Part shown: positions 63,341-64,000 of the stretch, piece after piece | Numbering within the stretch: the first letter of the stretch is position 1 | Layout of the letters: each line of letters opens with the position of its first letter | Assembly: GCF_009914755.1 (NCBI RefSeq) | Contig: NC_060925.1 | Strand: one strand, 5' to 3' | Source of the DNA: the human T2T-CHM13v2.0 reference genome, Homo sapiens | DNA: 64,000 nucleotides | The notes under the pieces: model-generated | What the model saw: the letters and a program-made list of their open reading frames with translations, nothing else | Told to the model about the DNA's origin: nothing | The model's database searches: none | Translations under genes and position numbers: made by a program

Positions 63341-64000
63341 ACTTCTCTTTATTAAGCAATACCATATAAGAAATGTAGTCCATCAGAGGAGATAGGCAGC
63401 CTCCCCAAGTTTGGTGTGATTTTATAGGTCAAGTTGACTTTAAATATGCGACAAATATTTCCTTTTCTCCTTCTCCCCCTTCTCCTCAGTTCTAGCCAGA
63501 GGAAGCTGCAGCCAGGCCTGGCAGTCTCCCCTGCTCCCTTCCACCAGCTTGGTTCCTGTTTCTGCTGGTCCTGGGAGCCCCCAGCAGATGGACTGCCCTT
63601 ATCAGCCGGCTCCAGGCCAGAGGAGGAATCCTCCGGTCACGTGTGGCTCTCTGGAGGGAGAGAGACCTCATAAATACATACAGCCCACGCAGAGGAAGGG
63701 GGGAGGGTCAAGGGGAAAGAAACCTTGACATTCTGGCGACTGGGCCAGGATTAAAGTCCACCAGGCATAGTCCTTATTGGCTATTTCTATGAGGAATCTC
63801 AAATCCACATGGCTTCCCTGGATGACAACGCTGACTTTGACTAGCCCTGGGATCTGGGGCATTCCCAGTGTGCTGCTGGCTTGATCCAGGCCTAATCCTT
63901 TGCCCAGGACTGACCTTTCACAGTTTACAGAGCACTTTATCTCCTGGCTCAGTGAAGTCTCACAGAACCCTCCAGAGAGAAGGGAGTTTATCATCACCCT

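Overview
This is primate genomic DNA, almost certainly human, since it carries a near-consensus AluYa5. It is CpG-depleted and non-coding (intronic or intergenic). I find no supportable protein-coding gene, RNA gene, CpG island or CRISPR array, and I cannot name the locus from sequence alone. Much of the window is interspersed repeat. It contains dozens of ancient MIR, L2 and L3/CR1 fragments, 10 Alu-family elements and several MaLR/ERVL LTRs (MLT1, MLT2, THE1A, LTR33, MER74-group). DNA-transposon fossils include a full-length Tigger1 with a decayed transposase, plus Tigger2a, MER2, Charlie4a, MER33, MER91 and MER104/106-like elements; old L1 is scarce. The supplied ORFs are explained by repeats or chance. 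Signals worth a second look: a young AluYa5 with a long A-tail; local templated duplications; repeat-free islands with dense TF-motif clusters (NR5A/ESRR, homeobox/SOX/RBPJ, AP-1, TBX/GATA/MEF2, triple CCAAT); a miR-28-like inverted L2 arrangement; and a few well-formed splice/poly(A) signals that could belong to a lncRNA. I see no direct evidence for a new multi-gene system. Repeat family calls come from remembered consensus sequences, and boundaries of old repeats are approximate.
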